64,000 nt of DNA from an uncultured Pelagibacteraceae bacterium (GCA_902564295.1 CACFAO010000002.1:12126-76125), one strand, 5' to 3'. Positions 30,491 to 46,100 are shown, counted from the first letter of the stretch. Made by a program: numbers and translations. The notes: generated from the sequence alone by a model not told the origin.

Positions 30491-30554
30491 AATATTTTCT
30501 GATTATGATTATAATAAAAAAATATGTAAAGTGACACATCTTTCACGTTTTGTA

Positions 30555-30672
30555 GACCTGGCAATGTCCTACTCTCCCATGCCTTAAGACAAAGTACCAT
30601 CGGCGCTGGAGCCCTTAACGTTCGAGTTCGAAATGGATTCGTGTGTAACCTCTCCGCTATAACCACCAGGTC
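30555..30672 (-). rRNA. rrf: 5S rRNA
   Basis: GACCTGGTGG...GATGGTACT...TGGGAGAGTAGG...CCAGGTC; flanking inverted repeat 30541-30553/30674-30686 (processing stem). Confidence 0.95.
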
Positions 30673-30763
30673 AACAAAACGTGAAATCAATACTATTAAA
30701 ATTCATTATTTTTAATTCTTAGTGCCGCTTAATTCATAACTAGTTTATTTCTAGTACATAGAA

Positions 30764-33497
<2,734 letters not shown>

Positions 33498-33614
33498 ATT
33501 CTATGTACAAAAAACAAACTTATTATTTTTTGTGACACTTAGATTTGAATTCTCAATAAAATTTTAATTTAGTATTGATGTCACTTCACGATGTAAATGG
33601 AAAAGCTTAAAACT

Positions 33615-33690
33615 TGGTGGAGCTGACCGGGATCGAACCGGTGACCCCCTGCTTGCAAAGCAGGTGCTCTCCCAGCTGAGCTACAGCCCC
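33615..33690 (-). tRNA. tRNA-Ala (TGC)
   Basis: GGGGCTGTAGCTCAGCTGGGAGAGCACCTGCTTTGCAAGCAGG...CCA in the ITS. Confidence 0.97.
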
Positions 33691-33706
33691 AAGAGATACC
33701 ACGTCA

Positions 33707-33784
<78 letters not shown>

Positions 33785-33898
33785 AAACGTAAGGCTTTAT
33801 AGTTTTAAACAATGAAAGAGAAACGAGGACGGTAAGCCACATATAATTGCTAAGTTAAATATTTTTTAAATTCAAATGAACTCAAAAAATTACTCTTA

Positions 33899-35388
<1,490 letters not shown>

Positions 35389-35641
35389 AAAAATGACGCA
35401 CACAAACTTATTGGCGGAGTTGCATAAAATAAATTATGCAATCCAATAAACGTGTACGGTTATTCTGTACTGCGGAATTACCGCCCACGTTTCTCTTTCA
35501 ATTTACTTTTCCAATAGCATAATCGCACAAGCATAGAGTCCTTACCCTTAGGATAAGGAATTAAATGCCGGATAGATTATATTAAGACTATAAATAGTCA
35601 TATGCCGCAGGCTCAGAGCATCACCGAACAAGGGTGAGCGT

Positions 35642-35669
35642 TTTTTACTGTATAGAGCCAAAAAGTCAA
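35642..35669 (-). promoter_or_regulatory. rRNA operon promoter
   Basis: Minus strand TTGACT-16 bp-TAAAAA followed by a GC-richer discriminator; -10 lacks T-7, as is common in alphaproteobacteria. Confidence 0.65.
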
Positions 35670-35824
35670 GCAGCAAAGGACATAAAAGGCAGAAAACTAG
35701 TATTTTTATAGAATTATAATTATATAACGAATTCAATTACTTATTTGATTAAGTAGGAGTTTCGCATCAATCAAAAATAATATTTATGAAAAAACTTTAA
35801 AAATGTTTATACCAATATCCCAAA

Positions 35825-37102
35825 ATGACCTTCATCAATAGAAATCAGATTATTCTGTTACTGAGCTTTATCTTCTTACTGGGTATTTCATATTTTTTGT
35901 CTATTTCGTTTGGAGAAAATTTAGTTAGAGAAAAAAAAGATTCTAAGAAAATTATAACGGATGAAGACCCAATCCATATTGAGGAAAAATTAGAAATTGA
36001 TTTTACATTCGTCCAAAAATACTATCTGCGAGAAGGAGAGACTTTTACCGGAGCTTTAAAGCAAGCAGATCTTGAAAATGACGAAATTAATGATGTTGTC
36101 AATATTATATCTAAAAAAATAGATTTAAGAAAATTAAAAGTAGGAACACTAATTGAAACTTACACTAAGTCCATTAATGATAAAAAGATAATTAATGAAA
36201 TAATTATATATCCTGATATTGAAAAAAAAATCTATGTAAAAAAGGTTAATAATAAGTTTGTTACAGGTGAAGACAAAAAAAAACTATTCAGTAAGTTAAA
36301 ACTTTACGAAGTTGAAATCCATAACAGTATTTATGAGTCTCTTAAAAAAATAGACACACCAGATGAAATTATAATGGAGTTTGTTCAGTTGTATAGTTTT
36401 GATATCGATTTTCAAAGAGATATTAGAAAAGGAAATAAGATCAAAATATTTTACGAGATTTATACAGACTCTCAAAATAATTATATTAAATCTGGCAATA
36501 TTAATTTTTCAGAGATTATTCTTGATGATGAATCCTATGAGCTTTATAGATTCCAATCAGAAGGGGATGAATTTGTTGAATACTTTAATAGTGATGGCAA
36601 GAGCGCAACTAAAGCACTTATGAAAACACCAATTAATGGGGCAAGGCTATCCTCTGGTTTTGGAATGAGAAAACATCCAATTCTGGGTTACAATAAAAAA
36701 CATCAAGGAGTCGATTTTGCAGCACCCACTGGAACACCTATAATGGCTGCAGGCACAGGCCATATAGAATTTGTTGGTAATAATGGGGGAGCTGGAAAAT
36801 ATATTCGTATCAAGCATCTCAATGGATATAAAACTAGTTACTCTCACCTGAGCAAATATGCTTCAGGTATTCAAAAAAACGTCAAAGTCCGTCAAGGACA
36901 GGTAATTGGCTATGTTGGAAATACGGGACTGTCTACAGGTCCCCATTTACATTATGAAGTAATCTTTAATGGGAAAAGAATTAATCCAATGAGAATGAAA
37001 TTACCTTCAGGTAAACAACTTAAAGACAAAAACTTGGAAATTTTTTTAGCTGAAAAGGAGAGAATTAATGCTGAAGTATCTGAATTAAACTCTAGGAATT
37101 AG
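35825..37102 (+). CDS. M23 family peptidoglycan endopeptidase (MepM-like)
   Basis: HQGVDFAAP (HxxxD), YSHLS, STGPHLHYE; N-terminal TM. Confidence 0.92.
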   Translation: MTFINRNQIILLLSFIFLLGISYFLSISFGENLVREKKDSKKIITDEDPIHIEEKLEIDFTFVQKYYLREGETFTGALKQADLENDEINDVVNIISKKIDLRKLKVGTLIETYTKSINDKKIINEIIIYPDIEKKIYVKKVNNKFVTGEDKKKLFSKLKLYEVEIHNSIYESLKKIDTPDEIIMEFVQLYSFDIDFQRDIRKGNKIKIFYEIYTDSQNNYIKSGNINFSEIILDDESYELYRFQSEGDEFVEYFNSDGKSATKALMKTPINGARLSSGFGMRKHPILGYNKKHQGVDFAAPTGTPIMAAGTGHIEFVGNNGGAGKYIRIKHLNGYKTSYSHLSKYASGIQKNVKVRQGQVIGYVGNTGLSTGPHLHYEVIFNGKRINPMRMKLPSGKQLKDKNLEIFLAEKERINAEVSELNSRN

Positions 37103-37430
37103 CTTCTTCAATAGCCTTTGCAGGATCTAATGTTTCAACAGTCTTATCAACGCTAGCAGCTTCATTTTCATTAGTTTTCATCGAGCCATTTTTCTCATTA
37201 TAACGATCTTGGCGATCATTGATTAGTCTGCTGTAATGTTCAGCATGCTGCAAATAGTTTTCCGCACCTACATAATCGCCTGATGCTGCCGCATCTTTTG
37301 CTAAGACCTTATACTTTTCAAGAACTGTAGATAGATTGCCTCTGACTCTGGTATTATTATTACCATTAGCAAAGTTATCATTGTTCCTATTGTTTGACCT
37401 TTTAAAAGGTCGGCTTCTTCTATTTTTCAC
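37092..37430 (-). CDS. DUF4167 family protein
   Basis: EKYKVLAKDA...AENYLQHAEHYSR; conserved position after prmC. Confidence 0.85.
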   Translation of the reverse strand: MKNRRSRPFKRSNNRNNDNFANGNNNTRVRGNLSTVLEKYKVLAKDAAASGDYVGAENYLQHAEHYSRLINDRQDRYNEKNGSMKTNENEAASVDKTVETLDPAKAIEEANS

Positions 37431-37518
37431 TATGAAAATTTAAACCTAATTTTTTAGGTGATTAATTATTCGAGACTAGGTAAACTAGTGTTAAGTTCAA
37501 AATTAATCAAGTTTTTAT

Positions 37519-38346
37519 TTATATTCTTTTTGTAACGATACACCTTGGTATATCAGAGATGTCTTTTTCTACTGAAATAAGCTGAAAACCACAATTTTTT
37601 AGCATTTTTTGAATAGGTTTTAATTGATTGTAACCGATTTCAAAAATGATCAATTGTTTTTTATTTTCATATTTCATTAGATTATCTAAAACCATTTTAA
37701 AACACCTTAATCCATTCTCTTTTGCAAAAAGAGCGATTTCAGGCTCGAAGTCTTGAACATCCTTGAGCATATTTTCTCTTGATGAGGTTGAAATATATGG
37801 TGGATTACAAACTATAAGATCATAATTTATTGTATTGAATTCAGAAAAATCCGCATGGCGAAAATTTAATCTATTTTCATTTAGTAAATTACATTTATTC
37901 TGCTTTGCTACTTTTAAAGCCTTTTTATCGAAATCGATGCCATTACCCTGACTATTTTTAAATTCCCTTAGAAGCGATATTATCAGGCATCCGGAACCTG
38001 TGCCTAGGTCTAACATTTTAAGATTTTGGTTCGTATCAGGAAAGTATTTGATAGCAGTTTCAATTATAATTTCACTGTCAGGCCTTGGAATTAATACTGA
38101 ATTGTCTATGAAGAATGTATCTTTCCAAAATTCTTTTTTATTAATTATGTATGCAATAGGCTCACTTTTTTTTCTTCTTTGAATTAGTTCTTTATATTGA
38201 CCCAATTCAATATGACCTAGTTGCTTATTATGACTAATATTAATTTCTTCATTAGAAGTATTTAGAATATACTTCAAAAGTATTTTTTTTTCTAAAATAG
38301 GTATAGAAGAATCATCTGAATATAGAAGTTTATTTAATGAGGACAT
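37519..38346 (-). CDS. prmC: Release factor glutamine methyltransferase
   Basis: EPIAYI, LIPRPDSE, LDLGTGSG, NPPY; start moved to the ATG after the prfA stop with SD-like AAGGAAG. Confidence 0.93.
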   Translation of the reverse strand: MSSLNKLLYSDDSSIPILEKKILLKYILNTSNEEINISHNKQLGHIELGQYKELIQRRKKSEPIAYIINKKEFWKDTFFIDNSVLIPRPDSEIIIETAIKYFPDTNQNLKMLDLGTGSGCLIISLLREFKNSQGNGIDFDKKALKVAKQNKCNLLNENRLNFRHADFSEFNTINYDLIVCNPPYISTSSRENMLKDVQDFEPEIALFAKENGLRCFKMVLDNLMKYENKKQLIIFEIGYNQLKPIQKMLKNCGFQLISVEKDISDIPRCIVTKRI

Positions 38347-38347
38347 A

Positions 38348-39397
38348 TCATCTTCCTTGATCTTCAAGTATTAGATTTGTGATAACTTCTTCTAATCCTG
38401 TAGAATTTAATATTTGCTCTAGTTTATAGAGTGTTAAATTTATGCGATGATCAGTCACTCTTCCCTGAGGAAAATTATAGGTCCTGATCCTTTCTGATCT
38501 ATCACCTGAACCTATCTGTGATTTTCTTTTATCCGCTATATCATCGTCTTGTTTTTTACGCTCGAAATCATATAATCTTGTTTTTAAGACCAGCATAGCT
38601 TTAGCTTTATTCTTATGTTGGGATTTTTCATCCTGTTGTTGTACGACTATACCAGATGGAAGATGAGTTATTCTAACAGCACTATCAGTTGTATTAACAT
38701 GCTGCCCTCCTGCACCACTAGATCTAAATACATCAACTCTAATATCTTTATCGTCGACTTGAATATCTAGATCCTCAGCTTCAGGTAATACAACTACACT
38801 TGCTGCAGAAGTATGAACTCTTCCCTGAGACTCAGTTTCTGGAACTCTTTGAACTCTATGGACACCGGACTCGAACTTAAGTTTTGAATAAACACTGCTA
38901 CCTGAGATTTTCGCAACTGCTTCTTTAATTCCTCCTTTTTCAGAGTCTGAAATGGAAATATATTCAATTTTCCAGCCCTGATGTTCAGCATAGCGCTGAT
39001 ACATGCGCAAAAGATCATTAGCAAATAAAGCTGCTTCATCGCCACCAGTACCAGCTCTGACTTCCAGAATTACATTTTTTTTATCTAATGGATCTTTTGG
39101 GATCATTAATTCTTTCAAGACATTCTCAGCCGCTAATAATTTTTCTTTGACATTATTGACCTCAGATTTGGCTATTTCTATTAATTCAGCATCGTTACCA
39201 TTGATAACGCTATTTAATTCTTCTAATTCTGACCGTTGAGCTAAATATAAATTAACTTGATCATATAAAGGTTTTAAATCAGCATATTCTTTTGAAAGAG
39301 ATACATATTTATCTTTATCATTTACTGATTGGTTTAATTCGTTTTCAAGATTTTTGTATTTATCTTGAATTTTTTCTAATTCATCTTGCTTAATCAT
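38348..39397 (-). CDS. prfA: Peptide chain release factor 1
   Basis: GGQHVN, VPETE (PxT), [12 protein letters not shown]. Confidence 0.97.
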   Translation of the reverse strand: MIKQDELEKIQDKYKNLENELNQSVNDKDKYVSLSKEYADLKPLYDQVNLYLAQRSELEELNSVINGNDAELIEIAKSEVNNVKEKLLAAENVLKELMIPKDPLDKKNVILEVRAGTGGDEAALFANDLLRMYQRYAEHQGWKIEYISISDSEKGGIKEAVAKISGSSVYSKLKFESGVHRVQRVPETESQGRVHTSAASVVVLPEAEDLDIQVDDKDIRVDVFRSSGAGGQHVNTTDSAVRITHLPSGIVVQQQDEKSQHKNKAKAMLVLKTRLYDFERKKQDDDIADKRKSQIGSGDRSERIRTYNFPQGRVTDHRINLTLYKLEQILNSTGLEEVITNLILEDQGR

Positions 39398-40481
39398 GAA
39401 GTGATTGAATCTTTTTCTCTACAAGATTAACAACGTGATCAACTATTTCGGGATTTTTTATTTTATGGTCAGCAACGCCTGATAAATAAATCATATTATT
39501 CCCTTTTCCACCGCCAGTTACCCCAATATCACTATTTAATGCTTCTCCTGGACCGTTTACAACGCAGCCAATAATTGAGAGAGTTATAGGATCTTTAATA
39601 TGTGACAATCGTCTTTCAAGCTCACGAACTGTATCAATTACTGGGAAAGCCTGTCTAGCACAAGAAGGGCAGGATATAATTTTTATACCCCTAGAACCTA
39701 AATTTAAACTCTTCAATATCTCGTGGCCTACTTTTATTTCCTCTACTGGATCTGCTGTTAATGACACTCTGATTGTATCTCCAATTCCTTGTGAGAGAAG
39801 ATTGCCAATACTTATGGATGACTTAATTGAGCCCGATAAATAAGTTCCAGCTTCTGTTAATCCAACGTGAAATGGATAATCACAAAGTTTTGCTAATTTT
39901 TCATACGCTTCAATAGTAGTAAATACATCTGATGCTTTTACACTTATTTTAAAATTATCAAAATTATTGTCCTCAAGCAGGCGTATATTTGCTATTGCAC
40001 TCTCGACTAAGGCATCAGCACAGGGTTCACTGTATTTTTTTAGAATTTTTTCATCAATGGAACCTGCATTTACTCCTATACGCATACAAATGTTATTTTG
40101 TTTTGCTGCATCAATAACCTCAATAATTTTATCTACTCCAATATTGCCAGGATTTATTCTCAGGCAAGCAGCGCCCACATCAGCAGCTTCGATCGCACGC
40201 TTGTAGTGAAAGTGAATATCTGCAACAATTGGTACATCCACATTATTAATGATCTCTTTTAGAGATTTTGTAGACTCTTGGTCGGGACAAGACACTCTAA
40301 CGATATCTGCGCCTTCAGATACTAAATCATTGATTTGTTTTACTGTTGCATTGACATCTGATGTAAGGGTGTTTGTCATTGATTGCACAGAAATTTTTGC
40401 ATTGCCACCAACTTCTACACTTCCAACCTTAATCTTCTTTGTGCGCCGGCGTATTATTTTGTTTTGAGAGTACTGACTCAT
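39390..40481 (-). CDS. ispG: 4-hydroxy-3-methylbut-2-en-1-yl diphosphate synthase
   Basis: [35 protein letters not shown]. Confidence 0.97.
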   Translation of the reverse strand: MSQYSQNKIIRRRTKKIKVGSVEVGGNAKISVQSMTNTLTSDVNATVKQINDLVSEGADIVRVSCPDQESTKSLKEIINNVDVPIVADIHFHYKRAIEAADVGAACLRINPGNIGVDKIIEVIDAAKQNNICMRIGVNAGSIDEKILKKYSEPCADALVESAIANIRLLEDNNFDNFKISVKASDVFTTIEAYEKLAKLCDYPFHVGLTEAGTYLSGSIKSSISIGNLLSQGIGDTIRVSLTADPVEEIKVGHEILKSLNLGSRGIKIISCPSCARQAFPVIDTVRELERRLSHIKDPITLSIIGCVVNGPGEALNSDIGVTGGGKGNNMIYLSGVADHKIKNPEIVDHVVNLVEKKIQSLHD

Positions 40482-40536
40482 AACTATTTATAAATTAGGT
40501 AGATATTAAATATAATGAAAGAGTTGATTTGAAAAC

Positions 40537-41328
40537 TTAAAAAATCTGTTTTCTACCTATCTCGCCTATAGAGCCTAGAAATTTTATTTGGCCGTTGTTA
40601 ACTTTTATTGAAATGAGGCCCATATTCCCTGAGGTTACAAATATTTCGTCATTTTTCGATACCTCAAGATAGAGCTCTTCACCCTCTCTGAAAACCTGAC
40701 TTATTAATATTTCCTTTGAGTTATCAACTTCTATCCAAACTTCATTGTCAAATAATATTGATAAACTGACAGTTTCCAAAAAATTTTGCTTATTGTCAGA
40801 TAAGCTAGCAGATCGTTTAGAATTACTTATAGACGGATTTAATTTTTCTATGTTTGTTTGATTAAAGTTAGAGAATCTATTTTCAGCTAAATTATTTTCT
40901 AGTTCATTTTGAGTTATTTTTTCAGTGTTACCTGATTTCAATTCAACAGATAAATTTTTATTTTTTAAAGAATAATTAAAGCTAGAAATTATAACAACTA
41001 AAAATAATGGTAATAGAATTTGGAATTTGAAATTATTTATCAGCGATAAAGTAGAATTAGCCGCTGATAGATTGTTTGAGAATTTAGAAGAATTTTCTAT
41101 TGAAGAATGAGTAAAAGTAATTTTTTTTTCAGGAACCTCTACACCTAGGTGTTTTGCATATAAAAAAAGTAGGTGCTTTTGTGGAAATGAGTCCACTTCA
41201 CTTTCATTAAGATTTTCAATTTTAAAAATAACTTTTTTTGAAATTTTTGTCTCTTTACTTAAATCATCTACTGAACAGCCCCTTACTTCTCTCTGGTTCT
41301 TAAGTTCTAATAGAAAATTTTGATACAT
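40537..41328 (-). CDS. rodZ: RodZ-like protein (HTH, TM, DUF4115)
   Basis: N-terminal HTH, single TM, C-terminal W.EV...GN.G...LG..GE; upstream of ispG. Confidence 0.7.
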   Translation of the reverse strand: MYQNFLLELKNQREVRGCSVDDLSKETKISKKVIFKIENLNESEVDSFPQKHLLFLYAKHLGVEVPEKKITFTHSSIENSSKFSNNLSAANSTLSLINNFKFQILLPLFLVVIISSFNYSLKNKNLSVELKSGNTEKITQNELENNLAENRFSNFNQTNIEKLNPSISNSKRSASLSDNKQNFLETVSLSILFDNEVWIEVDNSKEILISQVFREGEELYLEVSKNDEIFVTSGNMGLISIKVNNGQIKFLGSIGEIGRKQIF

Positions 41329-41428
41329 ATACTTTGAATTAATTAAACCTTAATCTAAAAAAAAAAACACATCAATTGCCCAAAATGATTATTTCTTAGA
41401 GAATAGTAGTTAATATCAAGCATGGACA

Positions 41429-42649
41429 CTATATCTGGTCTAGCTGAAATACAGCATGCAGCGCATTTACAGCCTCTTCAGTTTTATCTTTATTTATTAA
41501 GACGCTTATCTTTATTTCAGATGTTGAGATTACTTCAATATTAATTTTATTTTTGGATAAACACTCAAACATCTTTGCGGCTATACCTGGCTGATTTCTC
41601 ATTCCTGATCCAATAATAGAAACTTTTGAGAGATTTTTTTCATTTAAAACTTTTGAAATCCTAAGTTTTTTTTGTAAATTTTCTAAAATGTTTAGTGCTT
41701 TATCAAGATCTATCATTGGAATTGTAAAAGTAAGATTCGTCATTTTTCTTTCAATAAAATTGTTCTGAACAATCATGTCAACATTAACTGAATTCTCTGC
41801 GAGCCTATTAAAAATCTCTGCAGCAACTCCTGGTTTATCCTCCACATCAATAAGAGTTATTTTTGCCTCATCTTTAGAATAAGCAACTCCTGTTACTGCC
41901 CTATCATTTTCATTATTCACATCATTTGAAATTAAAGTTCCCTTATCAGCCGGACTGAATGTTGATCGAACATATACATCTACATCATTGCTCATTGCAG
42001 ACTCAACTGAAGCTGTTTGCAAAACTTTAGCCCCTTGTGAAGCCATTTCGATCATCTCTTCATAAGAAATTTTATCTAGTCTTCTTACATTTTCTGTCAT
42101 TCTAGGATCGGAGGTATAAACTCCATCAACATCAGTATAAATATCGCACCTTTCGGCTTTTATTGCTGAAGCTATGAATACTGCAGTGTTATCTGAACCT
42201 CCACGACCAATAGTCGTAATTCTGCCCTCATTTGAAATACCTTGAAAACCAGCTACGACAGCAATTTTTTTGTTTTCAAAATCGTTAATGATTTTATCCG
42301 GTATCACTTTATCGATAAATGAGTTTCTATGCGAGCCTCTAGTAATTATTGGGACTTGCCAACCAAGCCAAGATCGAGATGGTAGACCAATTTTTTTTAG
42401 AGCCAGTGACATTAATCCTGCAGTTACTTGCTCTCCTGATGAAACAACAACATCGTATTCACTATCATCATTATAATTTATCTTATCGACATGCTCTATT
42501 AGCTGATTAGTAGCTCCAGACATAGCGGAAACAACTACAACTATATTATTGCCTTTATCATATTCTGATCTGACAATATTAGCTGCGGATTCAATTAATT
42601 CAGTTGTAGCTACTGATGTTCCGCCAAATTTTAAAACTATAGTGGACAT
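41429..42649 (-). CDS. lysC: Aspartate kinase
   Basis: KFGGTSV, VVVSAM, GRGGSD, TDVDGVY, two ACT domains. Confidence 0.96.
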   Translation of the reverse strand: MSTIVLKFGGTSVATTELIESAANIVRSEYDKGNNIVVVVSAMSGATNQLIEHVDKINYNDDSEYDVVVSSGEQVTAGLMSLALKKIGLPSRSWLGWQVPIITRGSHRNSFIDKVIPDKIINDFENKKIAVVAGFQGISNEGRITTIGRGGSDNTAVFIASAIKAERCDIYTDVDGVYTSDPRMTENVRRLDKISYEEMIEMASQGAKVLQTASVESAMSNDVDVYVRSTFSPADKGTLISNDVNNENDRAVTGVAYSKDEAKITLIDVEDKPGVAAEIFNRLAENSVNVDMIVQNNFIERKMTNLTFTIPMIDLDKALNILENLQKKLRISKVLNEKNLSKVSIIGSGMRNQPGIAAKMFECLSKNKINIEVISTSEIKISVLINKDKTEEAVNALHAVFQLDQI

Positions 42650-42750
42650 TTGACTTTTCGTTATTAAATTGTGTTACGTAATACTCTAAACAAAAACAAG
42701 GATTACTTTAATACGATACTTTAATCAAGTATTAGTTAAATGATTGATAT

Positions 42751-43482
42751 ATGGACATTTCTTCGATTAATAAAACTGAAATTGATAAGTTTAAAAACCT
42801 TGCCAAGGAGTGGTGGAAGCATGACGGCAAGTTTAAAACACTGCATAAGTTTAATCCCATAAGACTGGAATACATAATCAATACAATTAAAGATCATTAT
42901 TCAATAGACCGAAAAAATAAATTACCTTTAAAGGGATTATCAGTTTTAGATATTGGATGTGGTGGGGGGCTAATGAGTGAACCATTAGCAAGGTTAGGTG
43001 CAGAAGTAACCGGCATTGATGCTTTAGAGAAAAATTGCATCACTGCAAAAATTCATGCTGAGGAAAATAATTTAAATATTAATTATCTTAATACAACTGC
43101 TGAAAATCTTAACAAAAATAAAAAGTATGACATCATTCTCAATTTAGAAGTAATAGAACATGTAAACAATCCAAAAAATTTTATTAAAGAATGTAGTGGC
43201 CTTGTATCTGATAATGGTATTATGTTTATAGCAACTATTAATAAATCTATCTTTTCACTTATTTTTGCAAAATTTATGGCTGAATATGTATTAGGATTTC
43301 TTCCAAAAGGCACACATGATTGGAATAAATTTTTAACTCCTGAGGACATTTACTCTTTTTTTATTCAAAACAACTTTGATGTAATTAGTAATACAGGTGT
43401 AAATTATAATCCATTAAGAGACGAATGGTTCATGTCTAAAAGAATGGATGCAAATTTTATTGTTTCTGGAAAAAAAAATTAA
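42751..43482 (+). CDS. ubiG: Ubiquinone biosynthesis O-methyltransferase
   Basis: WW...G.FK.LH..NP.R, LDIGCGGG, PKGTHDW. Confidence 0.95.
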   Translation: MDISSINKTEIDKFKNLAKEWWKHDGKFKTLHKFNPIRLEYIINTIKDHYSIDRKNKLPLKGLSVLDIGCGGGLMSEPLARLGAEVTGIDALEKNCITAKIHAEENNLNINYLNTTAENLNKNKKYDIILNLEVIEHVNNPKNFIKECSGLVSDNGIMFIATINKSIFSLIFAKFMAEYVLGFLPKGTHDWNKFLTPEDIYSFFIQNNFDVISNTGVNYNPLRDEWFMSKRMDANFIVSGKKN

Positions 43483-43895
43483 TTATCTTCTTTTATCCAT
43501 GGAATAGAAGTTACCTCAATACCCTCATCATTTAAATCAGTAACTTCTTCTTTAGTTGCGTTGCCGTATACTGGCTTTTTATTAGATTTACTGTAGTGAA
43601 TTTTTCTTGCTTCATATGCAAACTGGTCTCCGACAAACTCAAAATTTTGTTTAACAAATTTATTTACTTCTTTTACTTTATTTCGAAAGTCTCTGAGTGC
43701 TTTTTCGTTTGAAGTAACGTTAGTTTTTTTTACGGATACATTTGGCCTTGAGAGTTCTTTGGTAATTTTTGAGGACCCGCAAGAAACACATTGAACTAAC
43801 TTTTTTTTTATTTGTGTTTCACATGACTTGGATGACCCAAACCAACCTTCAAATGAATGAGAACAGTCACTGCATTGTAAATTAAAAACGATCAT
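43479..43895 (-). CDS. DUF1178 family protein
   Basis: MIVFNLQC...H.FEGWF, CxxC, VGDQFA.EARKIHY. Confidence 0.88.
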   Translation of the reverse strand: MIVFNLQCSDCSHSFEGWFGSSKSCETQIKKKLVQCVSCGSSKITKELSRPNVSVKKTNVTSNEKALRDFRNKVKEVNKFVKQNFEFVGDQFAYEARKIHYSKSNKKPVYGNATKEEVTDLNDEGIEVTSIPWIKEDN

Positions 43896-43922
43896 AATAA
43901 CTCTATATTGTAATTATATTGT

Positions 43923-44738
43923 TTATTTCAATATTTGTGTTCTGAAACTTGGTATATTAGCTCTAATTTTAGCAAGCTTTTTAAAGTCCAAACTGGCCAT
44001 TATAATGCCTTTTCCCGCCTTTTTTTCAGCCAATATCTCACCCCATGGAGATACAATTAGACTGTGTCCATAGGTATGGCGCTTTAGAGAATTTTTTCCA
44101 TATTGCGCAGGAGCTAAAACATAAGAACCATTTTCAATAGCTCGTGTTTTTACAAGATTATGCCAGTGAGCTTTACCTGTAGTGGTTGTGAATGCTGAAG
44201 GAATAGTAATTAACTTTGCACCCATCATCACTTGTTTTCTATAAAGTTCAGGGAATCTTAAATCGTAACAAATTGATAAACCAATTTTTCCCCATGGAGT
44301 ATTAGTAACCACGACTTTTTTACCTGGTTTAAAGATTTTGGATTCTTTGTAGTTTTCTTTTTTGGATATTTTCACATCAAACATATGAATTTTATCGTAC
44401 TTGCATTGAATATTGCCTTTGCTGTTTATCAGATAGGAGCGATTATACAATTTGTTCTTATTGTCTTTGATAACAATAGAGCCAAGCAATATCCATACTG
44501 ATTTTTTCTTTGCAATTTTTGTAAATTCAATAAGAAATGGATCGTTCTTCTCCAGAAATACTGCCCTTTTTAATTTTTGTCGATCTAATGAGATAATATT
44601 AGTAACTTCTGGTGTTGAAATAAAAAAAGCGCCTTTATCAATAGCTTTATTAGAAAGATCTATTGTCTCTTTTAAGTTTTTATAGATATCTGAACTTGAT
44701 GTAAGCTGAAGACAGGCGGCTATTAAATTATTTTTCAT
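43923..44738 (-). CDS. Carbon-nitrogen hydrolase (Nit1-like deaminated glutathione amidase)
   Basis: TPE, YDKIHMFD, SICYDLRFPE (E-K-C triad). Confidence 0.88.
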   Translation of the reverse strand: MKNNLIAACLQLTSSSDIYKNLKETIDLSNKAIDKGAFFISTPEVTNIISLDRQKLKRAVFLEKNDPFLIEFTKIAKKKSVWILLGSIVIKDNKNKLYNRSYLINSKGNIQCKYDKIHMFDVKISKKENYKESKIFKPGKKVVVTNTPWGKIGLSICYDLRFPELYRKQVMMGAKLITIPSAFTTTTGKAHWHNLVKTRAIENGSYVLAPAQYGKNSLKRHTYGHSLIVSPWGEILAEKKAGKGIIMASLDFKKLAKIRANIPSFRTQILK

Positions 44739-44991
44739 TCAAAATTTTATCAAGCGTGCCCGACATCTCAAGCTTATTTAATTCTTCAAATCCACCAATA
44801 TGAAGCTCTTTAAAAAAAATTTGTGGAACTGTTCTTTTTCCATTAGCTCTCTCTAACATAATATCTCTTTGAGAGGGATCATCTTGAATGTTAATTTCTT
44901 GATATTTAATTTGTTTTTTATCAAGGAGTTTTTTTGCTAAGTCGCAATATCCACAATTGTACGATGAATAAATAATTATTTGGTCACTCAT
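44728..44991 (-). CDS. grxC: Glutaredoxin 3
   Basis: CGYC, TVPQIF, HIGG. Confidence 0.9.
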   Translation of the reverse strand: MSDQIIIYSSYNCGYCDLAKKLLDKKQIKYQEINIQDDPSQRDIMLERANGKRTVPQIFFKELHIGGFEELNKLEMSGTLDKILNEK

Positions 44992-44996
44992 AAAAA

Positions 44997-46100
44997 TTAG
45001 ATCCTATCATCAAAATAACTTATGATTTTAGAAATATTTTCAAAAACTTTATCATCTTCTATATAAGTTTCACCTAATCGAACAACTATCATATCCTTAG
45101 ACGGAATAATTAAAATATATTGCCCGCCAAAACCTGCGGCGTAGTAAGTATCCTTTGGAAGTCCACGTGTAAATGCTGGATGAGGCATCCAAAACTGATT
45201 ACTATACATTTGATAAGTGTTTTTAGCTGGAGTTCTTGTATCATCAATCCATTCCTTTGATACAATTCTCTCCCCATCCCATACCCCATCTCTTAGATAT
45301 AAATATCCAAATCTTGCGTAATCCCTTGCGTTTGCAAAAATTGAGCTACCACTGATGAAAGTTCCAGCATTGTCAAATTCAAAGATAGAATTTTTTATAC
45401 CTACTTTTTCAACGAGATTGCTTTTGATGAAATCTAAATAGTCAATTCCTTGAACTTCAAGCCTTGTCTTTATTATTAGGCTGAGAATATTAGTTTCTCC
45501 GGTCGAGTAATTATATTTCATGCCTGGTACAGGAGTTTTTAGTTTCATGGATGATGCAAACCCAGCTTGATCAAATCTTCCCTGCCCAAACAACATCTCT
45601 AATGTATCTGACCTTCCACCAAATTCATATTCCTCAACATAGTCCAGCCCTGACTGCATGTTAAGCATATGTCCTATAGAAATATGTTTTCTATTGTCTT
45701 CCCAGCTTGGTAAGAGATTTGTTTCATCCTTTGATAAGATGACTCCCCTATCAATCATCATTCCGGTCAATAAGCCGACATAACTTTTTGCCATTGAATA
45801 GGAGACAAGTTTTGTATCTTTTGTAATAGGAGAATTGTAATTTTCATAAATAATACTTCCATCTTGAATAATTAAAAGCGCATTTGTGCGTCCCAATTCA
45901 TCATAAGATTCATCAGAAAAAGTATAATTAATAATTGTATTAAACTCTTCGTCATCAATTTCTATTAAATTTTCTGGCCATGTATTTGTTGGCCATTCGA
46001 CTGTTTCATTATGTGGCAATTGATTAACTATAGCTAATGATGGATTGACCCAAATTAAAATAAAGGATAAACACGTTATAAATTTTATAATTTTATGCAT
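44997..46100 (-). CDS. Secreted serine hydrolase, beta-lactamase/NylB family
   Basis: Signal peptide, SMAK (SxxK), YNYSTG, RDYARFG, AAGFGGQ. Confidence 0.88.
   Translation of the reverse strand: MHKIIKFITCLSFILIWVNPSLAIVNQLPHNETVEWPTNTWPENLIEIDDEEFNTIINYTFSDESYDELGRTNALLIIQDGSIIYENYNSPITKDTKLVSYSMAKSYVGLLTGMMIDRGVILSKDETNLLPSWEDNRKHISIGHMLNMQSGLDYVEEYEFGGRSDTLEMLFGQGRFDQAGFASSMKLKTPVPGMKYNYSTGETNILSLIIKTRLEVQGIDYLDFIKSNLVEKVGIKNSIFEFDNAGTFISGSSIFANARDYARFGYLYLRDGVWDGERIVSKEWIDDTRTPAKNTYQMYSNQFWMPHPAFTRGLPKDTYYAAGFGGQYILIIPSKDMIVVRLGETYIEDDKVFENISKIISYFDDRI

Noticed and set aside
41339-41353. TTAA-N7-TTAA (CtrA-like box) upstream of rodZ
   Set aside because: Plausible, but too frequent by chance in ~70% AT DNA to support alone.
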